Of a DNA stretch of 64,000 bases, positions 1 to 12,044 are shown piece after piece; positions within the stretch are counted from its first letter, which is position 1, and every line of letters starts with the position of its first letter. Origin of the DNA: Octopus vulgaris (lineage: Eukaryota). The notes under the pieces were generated by a model. It was not told the origin of the DNA, made no database searches, and was given only the letters and a program-made list of their open reading frames with translations. A program made the position numbers and the translations under genes. The DNA is taken from positions 144,460,001 through 144,524,000 of the forward strand of contig OX597815.1 in assembly GCA_951406725.2 (NCBI GenBank), read 5' to 3'.

Positions 1-270
1 GTCAAATATGTTTTCATGAAGACTAGAAACAAAGTATAGTGCTTGCCAGATGGTGACAGTTTCTTGCAACAATCACATGATGTCAAGGCAAGGGGCAAAT
101 AACACACACACACACACTGGACTTCTTTGTGTTTCCATCAGCCAAATCCACTCACAAGGCTTTGGTTGGCCCAGAGTTATTGAAGAAGACACTTGCTCAA
201 GGTGCCATTCAGTAAAACTGAACCTGAAACTACATGGTTGGGAAGCAAACTTCCTACCACACAGCTACAC
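1..270 (-). mobile_element. tRNA-derived SINE, family A (octopus OR/OK-like), decayed copy
   Basis: Reverse-complement match to the family A consensus seen at 29813, 52783 and 56815 (aaatccactcacaaggctttgg...gaagacacttgc.caaggtgcc). Confidence 0.8.
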
Positions 271-343
271 TGGTACCTATATCATGTCTGTGCCTATGCT
301 CCACCTACCACCTATCTATCTGTCTGTCTGTCTGTGTATATAT

Positions 344-455
344 ATCATATCACTTTGAAAACACTGGTTCTCGTCCGATCACCGAAGTTAAGCAAAGTCG
401 AGCCTAGTTAGTACTTAGATGGGTGACCGCTTGGGAAACCTAGGTGCTGTAAACG
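344..455 (+). rRNA. 5S rRNA-derived sequence (5'-truncated pseudogene or head of a 5S-derived SINE)
   Basis: catatcactttgaaaacactggttctcgtccgatcaccgaagttaagcaaagtcgagcctagttagtacttagatgggtgaccgcttgggaaacctaggtgctgta matches metazoan 5S rRNA, including internal A/C boxes. About 9 nt are missing at the 5' end, and it is a single copy rather than an array. Confidence 0.9.
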
Positions 456-2029
456 TCTTTCTATCTGTCAGCCCTGTGTGGCTAATAAAGAAACATATAT
501 AGGGTAAATGTGTTTCTTTGTTGTAGTTTAATTAATAATGTTATTGTTTAATCCTTTCTAGAATTAAGATTCAATGTATGTGGGGATAGCTAAGATATGT
601 GTGCTCCCAAACAACATTTCTTTTAGTGCTGTTGACACTGCCAGATTGAGTGGCACTGCCCAGATGTCAAAACCATAGTGATATCTGTGAGGCAGCTGAT
701 GATGGAGGTATGTTGGATAGTTGGTATGACTGTTATTGTAGGTGCGGGATAGGTTAATAACACATCCATTTGATATATATAAAAATCAGGTTGACTTAGT
801 TCTTCATGCTACTTAACGTCTTGTAGATATGAAAAAAATCACAAGCTCCTTGGATACTTGGAAACCAAGTGAAGAAAACACAAAATGCCTGCTCAAGAAG
901 ACTTAATGCCCATTGGTCAATTTTTTCTTTGTTAAAAGAAGCTATTTTGTTTTCCTTCACATTATTTTCAAATATCTGAGGAGGTGTCTATGCTTTTTCA
1001 TTTTCACAAAACTTTAAGGGACATGAAGAGCTAAGTGAATCTTCAATACAACTCCATCAGTACCTATTGAGTACTACTTGTGTTCATTTGTTTGCTCATA
1101 TATATATATATTCATACATACACATGTAGACATACACACAGATATATATGTATACATACAAATATGTACACACAACTGAAATTGTAAATCCTTTATGTTG
1201 TTATTCAACTTGGTTTTAGACATTTGATAAGCATTTACAATAAAGGGAAATCTCAGCTAGAGGCCCTGAGAAAAACTCTATCCAATCTATTATCATTCAT
1301 CAAGATATTGTTATCATAGACACATTTGATGAGATTATATAAACAATTCCCTTGACCCCACTTTTTTATTGGCTTGTATCTTATCAAAGCCGGAAATATG
1401 AACAGTCTAAAACACAGCCATATTTGAAATCCAGACAGAAAGGGAAATAACTAAATACTGCATGCCATTCAGCTAAAATGATCGCCATTTTATTGTCATC
1501 TATATTAAATCCTTTCTTCTTTGGCTTCATTCATTTTCTATTTCTTAAAACTGGTTTTTATATCAATCTCTTTCTATGTTTTTTTCTTAAAGATATACAT
1601 CTATATTTCTTTACAATTATACTTTGGTTTGTTGAGAAATAATCTTCAAACCCTACATTAGGGTATCCTCATTTTGCTACATTACATCAAGGAAGTGACC
1701 CAACATGGGAGGTTTTTGTGGTCTCTTGACTAGTTAGAAAGGAATAGTGGCCAAAAGCCACCTAAAGTAATAACCCACTTGCAGAAAAAAAGAAAAAGGA
1801 CACATCTGATAATGTAGGCCTCATTGCTACTCACAAGACAGAATGGTCATGGATGGGATACATCAGATCAGAAGTCTACTTCATGAGGGTAGACCTTGGG
1901 TTAAAAAGCTACATTAAGGGAGACTCTGCCTGGTTTTCAATTGACCAGAAACTTTTCCCTAGCTCCTTAAAGAAAACATTGGATAATGTAATTTCTGGAA
2001 TGGAATATCTAATAGTAAGAATGATTAAT

Positions 2030-2240
2030 TCTTTCTAATTTAAGAACAAAGCCATGATTTTGAGGGGAGGAGGCATGTCAATTACACTAGCCCCCAGTAC
2101 TTGACTGGTACTTTATTTTATTAACCCCAAAAATGATGAAAGTCAAAGTTGACCCCAACAGAATTTGAGCTCAGAACACAATAAGGCAGAAGAAATAATA
2201 CTGCCAGGCATTTTGTCTGATACACTAATGTTTCTGCTGG
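2030..2240 (-). mobile_element. SINE family B (Nin/Deu-domain-like), decayed
   Basis: Matches the gatgaaaggcaaagtcgacc...gaatttgaactcagaa core of family B. Confidence 0.75.
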
Positions 2241-3176
2241 TTTACCCCTTACTACTACTACTACTACTACTACAACTACTACTACTACTAATAATAATAA
2301 TAATAATAATCCTTTCTACTATAGGCACAAGGCCTGGATTTTGTGGGGAAGAAGCCAGTCAATCACATCGACCCCAGTACTCCTTTCTTTGGTCACAAGG
2401 GCTCAAGACATTAAGAAATGTGTGAAAAGTTAAAGTAGAACCCACAAAACGTGGGGTTCACATCAATCAAAAGGGAATTATGAACAAATAACAAAGAAGA
2501 AAAAAAGCCCACTGCAGAAGATAAACTTTCAACAACAATATCTTCACCAATATCAGGGGAGTCCACCACAGGTAATTCATGGGAAACCCAACACAGAGAA
2601 GCACAGACTTCTCTGCTGTTTTCATGGCAACGAAACTGCCCATTCTCAAATGATCAGCAGGCCATGAAAGAATTGTCTTTGACCAAAGGTCTGATCTATC
2701 AGAACTGATGTGAAACTACACAACAGCAACAACAGCATGAAGCTAAAACGTCAGACTGTTTCCTATGACGCATGAAAGTTTTAGAAACGATTTGATTTCT
2801 TAATAGATAAAATGTATGTGTGTGTGTGCATGTATGTATGTATGTATGTATGTATGAATGTAGCTTTGGTGAATATTCCAGTTGTACAACTGACTGAACT
2901 ACATACTCATTGAATAATAGTGTAATAACCGGCTGAATATTCCACGGACAATGCTACCCATAATTCTGATTTTCATACAGCCTCAGAATAATATAGGGTG
3001 TGACAAATCTTTAGAATTACAGCAACAGTACACATATATATACATGATTTGATTAGAGGTTGTGTTGGTCTCATGAAGGGATGGTGTCATCCAAGAAGAT
3101 ATTGGTTCAATACCTAGTATTTTGGAGGGAATTTATTTCCTTAAAACAATAGGTGTATATGTATATATATACATAC

Positions 3177-3226
<50 letters not shown>

Positions 3227-3312
3227 ACATAGTTTATACTCATTTAAAATATGAAAAAAAAATGGAGATTGGGAAGTTGATAATTGTTTATTATTAACAA
3301 CAAATCAATCAT

Positions 3313-3394
3313 CCCTTACAGCTGTTTCAATTAATATTCAATGAATTAATTAAATATTAAATTCATGTGGCTTGAGCATAATATCTTCAGAGGG
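3313..3394 (-). ncRNA. Type I hammerhead ribozyme-like motif
   Basis: Minus strand reads ccct-CTGAAGA-(AT-rich stem II region)-GAAA-cagctg-TA-aggg. Stem I ccct/aggg, palindromic stem III, GTA triplet; stem II is weak. Confidence 0.5.
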
Positions 3395-4009
3395 GAAATA
3401 TATATATATACCCTTATATATGTGTTTATGGATTCATATATGTGTGTGTGTCTAAGGTACCATGGTGGCAGAATTGTTAGCATGTCCGATAAAATATTTA
3501 GTGGAGTTTCATCTGTTTGTATATACCGAGTTCAAGTAGCATTAAGGTCAGCTTTACCTTTCATCCTTTTGGAGTCAATGAATTAAGCACCAATTGAGCA
3601 CTTGGGTTGATGTTCCCTCCCACTAAATTTGTCCCATACTAGCTCCCTCCCCACAAACTAGCTCTCTCTCCCCAAATTTCAGGCTTTGCATCTATACAAA
3701 AAAGGAGTTGTGTGTGGGTGTGTGTGTGTGCACGATTGTATGAGTGTGTATGCAATATGCATTTACATACATACATTACATATACATACATGTGTGTATG
3801 TGTATTGTTTGAGCCGGTCCAGTTGTTTGTTAACAGAGTTTCCATGGCATGCAGCTTTTTCTTTGGACATGTGAAACTGAGACAGTCTGACTTATCTGAA
3901 GAAGTGTCTGTACATTGTGGAAACTCCAGAATAACTGGGCCCAGGACAGGCTTAAAAAAAAAAACTACTGCACTCTTCCTGTATTGAATACTCTTTCAGA
4001 TTTTTAACC

Positions 4010-4057
<48 letters not shown>

Positions 4058-4631
4058 CAGACATACACACAAATATTAATAAGCAGTCAACAATAACTCT
4101 ATTGAACTAACAAAATCCAAGGTGGGATGGAAACTGATAAATAATATATACTGGCAAAATATTGAAGAATTTTGCACTTATTCTTCAATTGGCAGAATAT
4201 ACTGTACATATATGTGTTTATGTATGTATGCATATGTGTATATGTGTGTATGAATGTATGTATATAGGTGTGTCTGTACCTATGTATCTATATGAATATG
4301 TATGTGTGCATATATGTATGCACATGTATGTATATAAGTGTGTTCGAATGTATATATGTATGTAGGCAGGTACCAGGTATGTATGTATGTATGTATGTGT
4401 GTGTGTATATATATATATCATCATCATCATCTAACATCCATTTTTTCCATGCTAGCATGGGTTGCAGAATCTAATAGGATCCAATCCGGTGAACCATAGG
4501 GCTGCATCAAAACTCCAGTGTCAGATTTGTCATGTATGTATTTATATAAATATGGATACATGTGTGTAATATATATACATATAAACATATATAAAATATA
4601 ACTAAAATAATAAACTAAGAGACTCACTCAC

Positions 4632-4782
4632 CTGACAATGTCTGAATGTCCTTCGGCACAGGCGGCATGTAAAGGTGTCCAGAAGTCCTCATCCTGTTTA
4701 TTAACATCAGCTCCATGAGCAATCAACAGTTTAGTCACAGCTATGTTACCGTCCAGTACGGCCTGATGTAGAGGGGTTAGGC
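4632..4782 (-). CDS. Coding exon with two ankyrin repeats, PP1 regulatory subunit-like (PPP1R27/PPP1R16/MYPT family)
   Basis: Translates (G)LTPLHQAVLDGNIAVTKLLIAHGADVNKQDEDFWTPLHAACAEGHSDIV(R): two TPLH ankyrin motifs with the D(E)xWTPLHxAC pattern of these PP1 regulators. Flanked by a ctttcAG acceptor and an AG|GTGAGT donor; 151 bp. No other exons found in the window. Confidence 0.9.
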
Positions 4783-4870
4783 CTGAAAGATAGATGGACA
4801 CATCATCACAGTCAGCTAAAGATCCAACATCTGATAAATTTGAAGAATCTTCTTCATACTCCATTTCCAT
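4783..4870 (-). CDS. Possible in-frame 5' extension / alternative first coding exon (MEMEYEEDSSNLSDVGSLADCDDVSIYLS)
   Basis: Open frame continuous with the ankyrin exon; ATG in gccATGG context; in-frame TAA 30 nt upstream. Confidence 0.4.
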
Positions 4871-6364
4871 GGCCAGAAGATGTATTCCTCTTCTTTGGAT
4901 TTAGAATATAAAAATAGATTTTTTTAAATATCAATTATTTCCACATTTTTTTTCTTCCAATTCCTACAAAATCCCCCAATTTTTGGAATATTATTCCCAT
5001 TTTGAATTCATGTTTTTTGCTTTTACATCAAACATTCACTTTTACACCAAAATGCGTGATTTCCTTTCCATATATTTTTCTTAAACTCTTTTTATTATTC
5101 CTTTTTTTTTGGATTATTTTTTCTTGGTAGCAGCAGTAATATTTTTAAGGGGTCCTCTATTCTTGATTTTAGGGAGCAACTGGCAAATCCTTAAATGGTT
5201 TGCCAACGAACAGTGTGGGCTAACAAACGTGTGCCAGCCAGGCTTACAGCAGAGAGAGAGAGAGAGAGATAGGTATATTTGTGTTGATGCTGATATAGTT
5301 GCCGGTGTGGGAGAACAACAATAAAAAGCCTACCAAAATCAATGGAACTGACTAAAAGTTTGTCAGTCTCATCCTCATAATTATTATTATTATTATTATA
5401 GTTGTTTTTTGTGGATGATGTTAGTTTGGTTTTGGACTGAAAGGTCACACACAACTTAGTATAGCCGTAGGCGTTCTTTTTTTTTTTTTCCTTTTTTCTT
5501 CTCTTTTAAGATGAGCTCAGCAGTGTTGCATTTGTTCTCAGAGTGCAACGATAAACCTACTAGAGAGAAATTTAAGACGAGTCATAAGACAGTTGTGCGA
5601 GGTATCAGATTTTTATGGGGGAGAGAAGAAAAAAAATGGATTCTCTGATGAAGAACAAGAAATATACAGGTAAATTTTGGAGAAGATGATTTTAAAAAGA
5701 CAGTTTGAACATATGTAGGCATATATACATAAATGTGTAGTTATATGTGTGTATATATGTGTGTATGTACAGATGTTTATTTTTATGAAAAGGCGAAGAT
5801 TGCATTATGTGAATGTATGTTGAATAGAGATGTGGAAAAGAAAAACTAAATAAGAGGGTGAGAAAGAGGAGAGAGAGAGAAAGAGAGAGAAATAGATATA
5901 TTTGGTATCTTGTCTACCCACTACTAGAGTTGTGTACACGTGATAGTATCTCCCTCTATCACTTTCATCAACACTAGTAGTACTAATACCACCACTAGCA
6001 CACCATCAACAACCAACAACATCAACACCATCACCACCATTGCCATAGGCAGTAACAAATACCACTGCCACTACTGCCATCACTGCCACCGTCACCACCA
6101 CAACTAGCACCACTACCCCCTCTCCAGCTTACAGCAGCAGAGAGCGGAAGAAAACAGAGCAGCGGGAGCAGGAAGGTAATAGAGGCCAACAGCTATTATG
6201 CTGATGAGATTAACAGTGATTATGATGATTATGATGATGATGAAAATAATGGTGGTAGTGATGATGGTGATGATGATAATGATGGTGGTGGTGATGATGA
6301 TGATGAAAGGTGATGAAAAAGATGATAAAAGCTGAAGAACTCCTCCACTTATTACATCATCGCC

Positions 6365-6810
6365 ACCCACCACAGTTAGAGAAGATAATGGTCTGTTGTT
6401 ATGTTGTTGGCAGCAGACTATCAAAGATCTGTGCAGACTTCAGAATTCCCAGCAGAAGCAGCAGAGAAAATACTTGTTGCCATTTGGTAACAAACAACCG
6501 AATCAAAGGGAAATAGTTACGTTTAGCATTGGAAAACAGTTATAGGAAGAATAACAACAGGCACTCCATCGGTTACGACAAAGACGTAACCCACCACAGT
6601 TAGAGAAGATAATGGTCTGTTGTTATGTTGTTGGCAGCAGACTATCAAAGATCTGTGCAGACTTCAGAATTCCCAGCAGAAGCAGCAGAGAAAATACTTG
6701 ATGCCATTTGGTAACAAACAACCGAATCCAAGGGAAATAGTTACGTTTAGCATTGGAAAACAGTTATAGGAAGAATAACAACAGGCACTCCATCGGTTAC
6801 GACAAAGACG
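6365..6810. repeat. Tandem direct duplication, period 224 bp
   Basis: 6365-6586 and 6589-6810 are near identical (two substitutions seen). Confidence 0.95.
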
Positions 6811-7105
6811 GTTCCAGCTGACCCGATCAATGGAACAGCCTGCTTGTGAAATTCACGTGCAAGTGGCTGAGTACTTCACAGACACACATAATCTTAATGT
6901 AGTTCTCAGGGAGATTAAGTATGACACAGAATGTGAAGAGGGTGGTTCCATTGAAATACAGGTACAACTCATTTTTGCCAGCTGAGTGAACTGGAGCAAC
7001 ATGAAATAAAGTGACTTGCTCAAGGACGCAATGAACCAGTGGGTATTGAACTTATGACCTTGTGACTGTGAGCCGAATATCCTAGCACTAAGCCACGTGC
7101 CTTCA
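6783..7105 (-). mobile_element. SINE family C (tRNA head with CORE/Meta-like domain)
   Basis: Reverse complement of gtggcttagtg(g)ttagg...tccttgagcaag.cactttatttca.gttgctccagt.cactcagctg; same family as 43226. Confidence 0.8.
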
Positions 7106-7439
7106 CAATTATAGGAATAGACTTTGGCACTTTCAGCAAAAAAACAGATGGCATTTAGCAACAAATGGTAGAATATGAAGAAACAAGAAATGTCTAGTGT
7201 TGGAGAATAATTATAGTTATAATTCCAGAGGTGGGAATATGCTTTATGTTGTAAGGATGGAGAAGAGAAACAGCAACTTTTGGGGTTGAATTCTTGTTGC
7301 TCCCTACATGGCATTTTGATGGGCATTCTATTGTTTCTCTTCCTATACCAACACCCTATCACCCCAATAATAATAATAATGATGATGATGATGATGATAA
7401 TTTCCTTTATTTTCCACATGGCGTATCCTACGTCAGCTT

Positions 7440-7905
7440 CACATAACCAGCCCCAGCCCATTCAAAGTACCTTGGATCGTAGGATGACCTGCTGTGCTTA
7501 TCTTGGATTGTAGGGCAACCTGCTGTGCTTGAGGAGACCTATTGAGTCAAGTACATCAACATCAAAATAAAAATCAAATAGAATTTGTAGTTGTGTTACC
7601 CGTGCCAGTGGCACATAAAAAGCACCATTCAATCATGGCCAATGCCAGCGCTGCCTTGACTGGCTTCTGTGCTAGTAGCATGTAACTGATCGTGGCCGTT
7701 GCCAGCCTCCTCTGGTCCCTGTGCCAGTGGCACATAAAAAGCAACCACTACACTCTCGGAGTGGTTACTGTTAGGAAGGGCATCCAGCTGTAGAAACACT
7801 ACCAGATCAGACTGGAGCCTGGTACAGCCTCCCGGCTTCCCAGACCCCAGTTGAACCGTCCAACCCATGATAGCATGGAAAACGGATGTTAAACAATGAT
7901 GATGG
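7440..7905 (+). mobile_element. SINE family D with (TGA)n tail (RTE-partner-like)
   Basis: ggaagggcatccagctgtagaaac...ccaacccatg.tagcatggaaaacggatgttaaa followed by gatgat; many copies in the window. Confidence 0.8.
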
Positions 7906-8414
7906 AGATGGTGAAGGGTGAAGAATGAAGGGGACAATACAAAGACTGACAGAAAGTGTTAGCAGTTTACGTATAATGAAATGATAAAAGAAAGAAAGAA
8001 ATTAAGTGTACACACTATACACTGAAAAAGAAGGGACATATACATAGCATACAAAGGTTAAAAAAAAGGTGGCAGGGGAGATGATAGAGATGTGGCCCTC
8101 CTGATATAGGAAGGCTTCTAGGGATAATCGAGGAGCCCCACTGAGATTTCCCAGAAACCCCAAAAGCAAGTGCCCTCTCCAATTCCTTCTCTCCGACATA
8201 CAGGTCTACACTTAATGATAAAAGAAATAACAACTTCAAATTTCGGCACAAGGCCAGTAAGTTCAGGGGTCAGGGCAAGTCACTTGCATTGGGCCTAGGG
8301 TTCAGCAGGTGTGGCATTTGAACTCAGAATGTAAAGAAGGATGAAATACCACTAAACATTTTGCCCGACATGGTAATGACTCTGCTAGCTTTGCACACTT
8401 ATTATGATAATCGT

Positions 8415-8795
8415 GGCACTCCATCGGTTATAACGACGAGGGTCCCAGATGATCCAATCAACGGAACAGCCTGCTCGTGAAATTAACGTGCAAGTGGCTG
8501 AGCCCTCCACAGACACATGTACACTTAATGTAGTTCTTGGGGAGATTCAGCGTGACACAGAGTATGACAAGGCTGACCCCTTTTTCGAAATACAGGTACA
8601 ATAGAATCAGGAAGAAAGAGTGAGAGAAAGTTGTGGTGAAGGAGTACAGCAGGGTTCGCCCCCACCCCTGCTGGAGCCTCATGGAGCTTTAGGTGTTTTT
8701 GCTCAATAAACACTCACAATGCCCAGTCTTGGAATCGAAACCATGATCCTATGACCACAAGTCCACTGCCCTAACCACTGGGCCATTGTGCTCCA
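8415..8795 (-). mobile_element. SINE family C variant
   Basis: tRNA-like head at about 8720-8795 and the same 3' half as the 6783 copy. Confidence 0.75.
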
Positions 8796-8857
8796 CTATG
8801 ATGATAATAATAATAATAATAATAATGATAATAATAATAACAATAATGATAATAATC

Positions 8858-9070
8858 CTTTCTACTTGAAGCACAAGGCCTCAAATTTAGGAGAAGGGAT
8901 TAAATCAATTACACCAACTCCAGTGCATAACTGGTACTTATTTAATTGACCCCGAAAGGATAAAAGGCAAAGTCGACCCCGGCAGAGTTTGAACACAGAA
9001 AGTAGCAGTAGACGAACTACCACTAAGCATTTTACCTGGTGTGCTAATGATTTTGCCATATCGCTGCCTT
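8858..9070 (-). mobile_element. SINE family B
   Basis: Family B core next to a (TAA)n tail. Confidence 0.8.
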
Positions 9071-9107
9071 TTCTGCTAGCTTTTTGCCTTAATAATAATA
9101 ATAATAA

Positions 9108-9570
9108 TTGGAAAGTGTGTGAAAAAGTGGAGGCTAGAGAGAGGCAAGACGTGGTATGAGGACAAACCACAGAGAGTGGTGGAGTCAGAGACTAGCAAAA
9201 TCCTCTGGGATTTCCCAATCCAAACAGATCAGGTATGAGAGCATAACAGACTGGACCTAGTGGTGGTGGTTGACAAGATGCACCACATATGCTATATAGT
9301 TGATGATGCATGCCCCTTTGACCCTCAAATAATCAAGAAGGAAGACGAAAAGATATAGACACAACTCTCTTAAGTACAAAATAGCCTGGCAATGGAAAAT
9401 TAAGAAGGTGGAGATAGTGCCAATTACTGTTGGGCCCTTGGGAACAGTATCAGAAGATATCAAGGGGAATATAAAGGAAATTGGAATAGAGTGCCCAGTA
9501 GAACTGTTACAAAAAGTTTGCCTCCTTGGCATGGCCAGAATAATCAGGAAAGGATTCGACAGCTGAAAAG
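9108..9570 (+). mobile_element. Decayed non-LTR retrotransposon 3' end, R4/Dong-NeSL-type restriction-like endonuclease domain
   Basis: Translates KTWYEDKPQRVVESETSKILWDFPIQTDQV*EHNRLDLVVVVDKMHHICYIVDDACPFD, then after frameshifts ..LLQKVCLLGMARIIRK. This is the WDF-IQTD / RPD / IDxACP REL signature; it starts next to (TAA)n. Confidence 0.85.
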
Positions 9571-9689
9571 AATGGACAGCATGGTACTGTAGGCTGCAGG
9601 TAGTACATGCAAATATGTATGTACCTAGGTACATTAAGACTTGTCCCACCTGTGTTGTCTTCTTTTTGTGTTCATTGACTCATATATCA

Positions 9690-10090
9690 ACATCATCATC
9701 ATCATTTAGCATCCATTGTCCATGCTGGCATGGGTTGGACGGTTTGACCAGGGCTGGCAAGCTAGAAGGCAGCACCAGACTCCAGTCAGATTTGGCATGG
9801 TTTTCTATGACTGGATGCCCTTCCTAATGCCAACCACTCCGAGAATGTAATGGGTGCTTTTATGTGCCACTGGCACAGGTGCTATTTGTGTGACACTGGC
9901 ATCTGCTACGACTGTGGTTTTACTTGGCTTGATGAGTCTTCTCATGCATGGGCATTATGTCAAAGGTCTCGGTCATTGCCTCCATGAGACCCAACCCTTG
10001 AAAGGAGCCTCTGTGAGGCCCAATGCTCAAAAGGTACTTTTTACATGCCACCGGCACGGGTGCCAGTTACGTGAAACTAGCATCAGCCAT
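9690..10090 (-). mobile_element. SINE family D
   Basis: Reverse complement of family D with (CAT)n tail. Confidence 0.8.
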
Positions 10091-10359
10091 GTATTTATGT
10101 ATGTATATATGTATATATAAGACTAAATGTCTAAATATAGTTGTGTTAATATATATACCCTCAGACAACAAGAACAAAACATTTCTAGAATGTTGGCATT
10201 TTTGGAACTTAAAATATTTCTATAGTTATGTTGTCTTCTGCAGATACAACTTCAGCATTCCCTCACCATCTCTCACTCTCTTTTTTTTTCTCTCTCTCCC
10301 CCCATATACACACATATATATAAGCATATAAGTATGTATGTATGTTCTATATATAACTT

Positions 10360-10745
10360 TTAGCTTTTATTTGTTTCAGCCACTAGATTGTGGCCATGCT
10401 GGGGTACTGCCTTGAAGAATTTTTAGTCAAATGAATCGACCCCAGTACATTCTTTTAAAGCTTGGTACTTATTCTATCAAAATCTCTTGCCAAACTGCTA
10501 AGTTACAGGGATGTAAACAAACTAACACTGGTTGTCAAGTGATGGTGGGGAGGGATAAATACAGACACATCCACACACACACATGCATATACACGATGGA
10601 CTTCTTTCAGTTTCTGTCCACCAAATCCACTCACAAGGCTTTGGTTGGCCTGAGGCTATAGTTGAAGACACTTGCCCAAGGTGCCACATAGTGGGACTGA
10701 ACTTGGAACCATGTGTTTGTGAAGAAAGCTTTTACCACACAGCCA
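10360..10745 (-). mobile_element. SINE family A, CpG-decayed full-length copy
   Basis: Colinear with 52783-53152. Confidence 0.85.
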
Positions 10746-10809
10746 CACACATATACACATCATCATCATTTAGAATCTGTTTTCCATGCTGGCATGGGTT
10801 AGATGGTTT

Positions 10810-10849
<40 letters not shown>

Positions 10850-10876
10850 TAGATAGATAGATAGATAGATAGTTCT

Positions 10877-11180
10877 GGAGGCGCAATGGCCTAGTGGTTA
10901 GGGCAGCGGACTCGCGGTGGTAGGATCACGGTTTCGATTCCCAAACCGGGCGTTGTGAGTGTTTATTGAGCGAAAACACCTAAAAGCTCCATGAGGCTCC
11001 AGGCAGGGGGTAGTGATCCCTGCTGTACTCTTTCACCACCCTTTCTCTCACTCTTTCTTCTGTTGGCCTGCTCGCTTAGCCAGCAGGGTGGCGTCATTCG
11101 AAGGCTAAAACAATGCGAACGCATTGTGACTAGCGATGTGTAGCAACATCTGATGGTCTGGTCGGTCACGTGATCACGTG
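10877..11180 (+). mobile_element. Young tRNA-headed SINE (family C-type head)
   Basis: ggcgcaatggcctagtggttagggc (A box) ... ggtttcgattccc (B box); CpGs intact. Confidence 0.85.
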
Positions 11181-11264
11181 ATATATAGTTCTATATTTAA
11201 GAGATGAGGAATTATGTACATTATTTACATTTGACGGGTATTTGTCCTCATCTTGTTTGTTGTT

Positions 11265-11310
11265 AACACAACGTTTCGGCTGATATGCCATCTAGCCTTC
11301 ATCAGGTGTC
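11265..11310 (-). ncRNA. Minimal type I hammerhead ribozyme motif
   Basis: gacac-CTGATGA-a-ggct(agatggcatatc)agcc-GAAA-CG-TT-gtgtt; complete core, stems I and II pair, minimal palindromic stem III. Confidence 0.75.
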
Positions 11311-11563
11311 TTGGGGGAAATTTTGAACCTGGGTTCTCATTCCTAAGGTATTTTTGATGTTATCATCATCATCATTATTATTACTCAGGTCACTGCCTGG
11401 AATCAAACTTGGAATCTTGGGGTTAGTAGCCCATTCTCTTAACCACTATGCCATATGCCCACGGGCATATGGTATAGTGTGAATAATAATAATAATGATA
11501 ACAACAACAACAACATTGAAAATTACCTTAGGAAATGAGAACCCAGGCTCAAAATTTCACCAA

Positions 11564-11607
11564 GACACCTGATGAAGGTTGGAGGGTATATCAGCTGAAA
11601 CGTGTTT
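11564..11607 (+). ncRNA. Second, degenerate hammerhead motif of the same family
   Basis: gacac-CTGATGA-aggttg...cagct-GAAA-cgtgttt; small deletion at the cleavage site. Confidence 0.55.
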
Positions 11608-12044
11608 ACTTATATCTCATGTAGTGGTCTTAGTTGATGAGCAATTAGTTCATTCAAAGTTTCCAAGTTCAATCCCCACTGAAGGTGGCACTTAAATAAC
11701 AGCAGAAGGACACTTAGGAGTCATTACCTAGGTAGGCCTGGCTCCCTTGGAGTATCAGGAACTAACAAGCCAAAACACTTGCTTGATGGACACCCTTCTT
11801 TCTGAAGATTTCTCTCCTGCTTTTTGCTTGTTTTGTTGTGGAATTCCACTCACTATAACATTAATGGGCTTGGAAAAAGAATATTACAAAAAACATTCTC
11901 CTGAAAATTATAAGACCTTGAAATTGAGTCAGAATAAACCAGATCAGATGTCCCTGTGCTGTAGCTAAATACCACAAGTTATTTAACTATGGCACTGGAA
12001 ATGTAAAATGCTAACTTGACTATAAGAAAAGCATGAACACCACA

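Larger units (their letters stand above)
11185..11610. mobile_element. Inverted dimer of a tRNA-headed, hammerhead-containing element (Penelope-partner / retrozyme-like)
   Basis: Arms 11271-11358 and 11517-11603 are inverted, with a palindromic centre near 11460. tRNA-like A/B boxes lie on the minus strand at 11399-11453, and each arm carries a hammerhead motif. Confidence 0.75.

Noticed and set aside
5960-6424. Acidic or His/Ile-rich reading frames upstream of the ankyrin exon
   Set aside because: Degenerate trinucleotide repeats; the frames are stop-interrupted or low-complexity, with no convincing splice sites.
10877-10950. tRNA gene candidates (also 43226, 11610)
   Set aside because: They are SINE heads continuing into SINE bodies; no complete cloverleaf or terminator.
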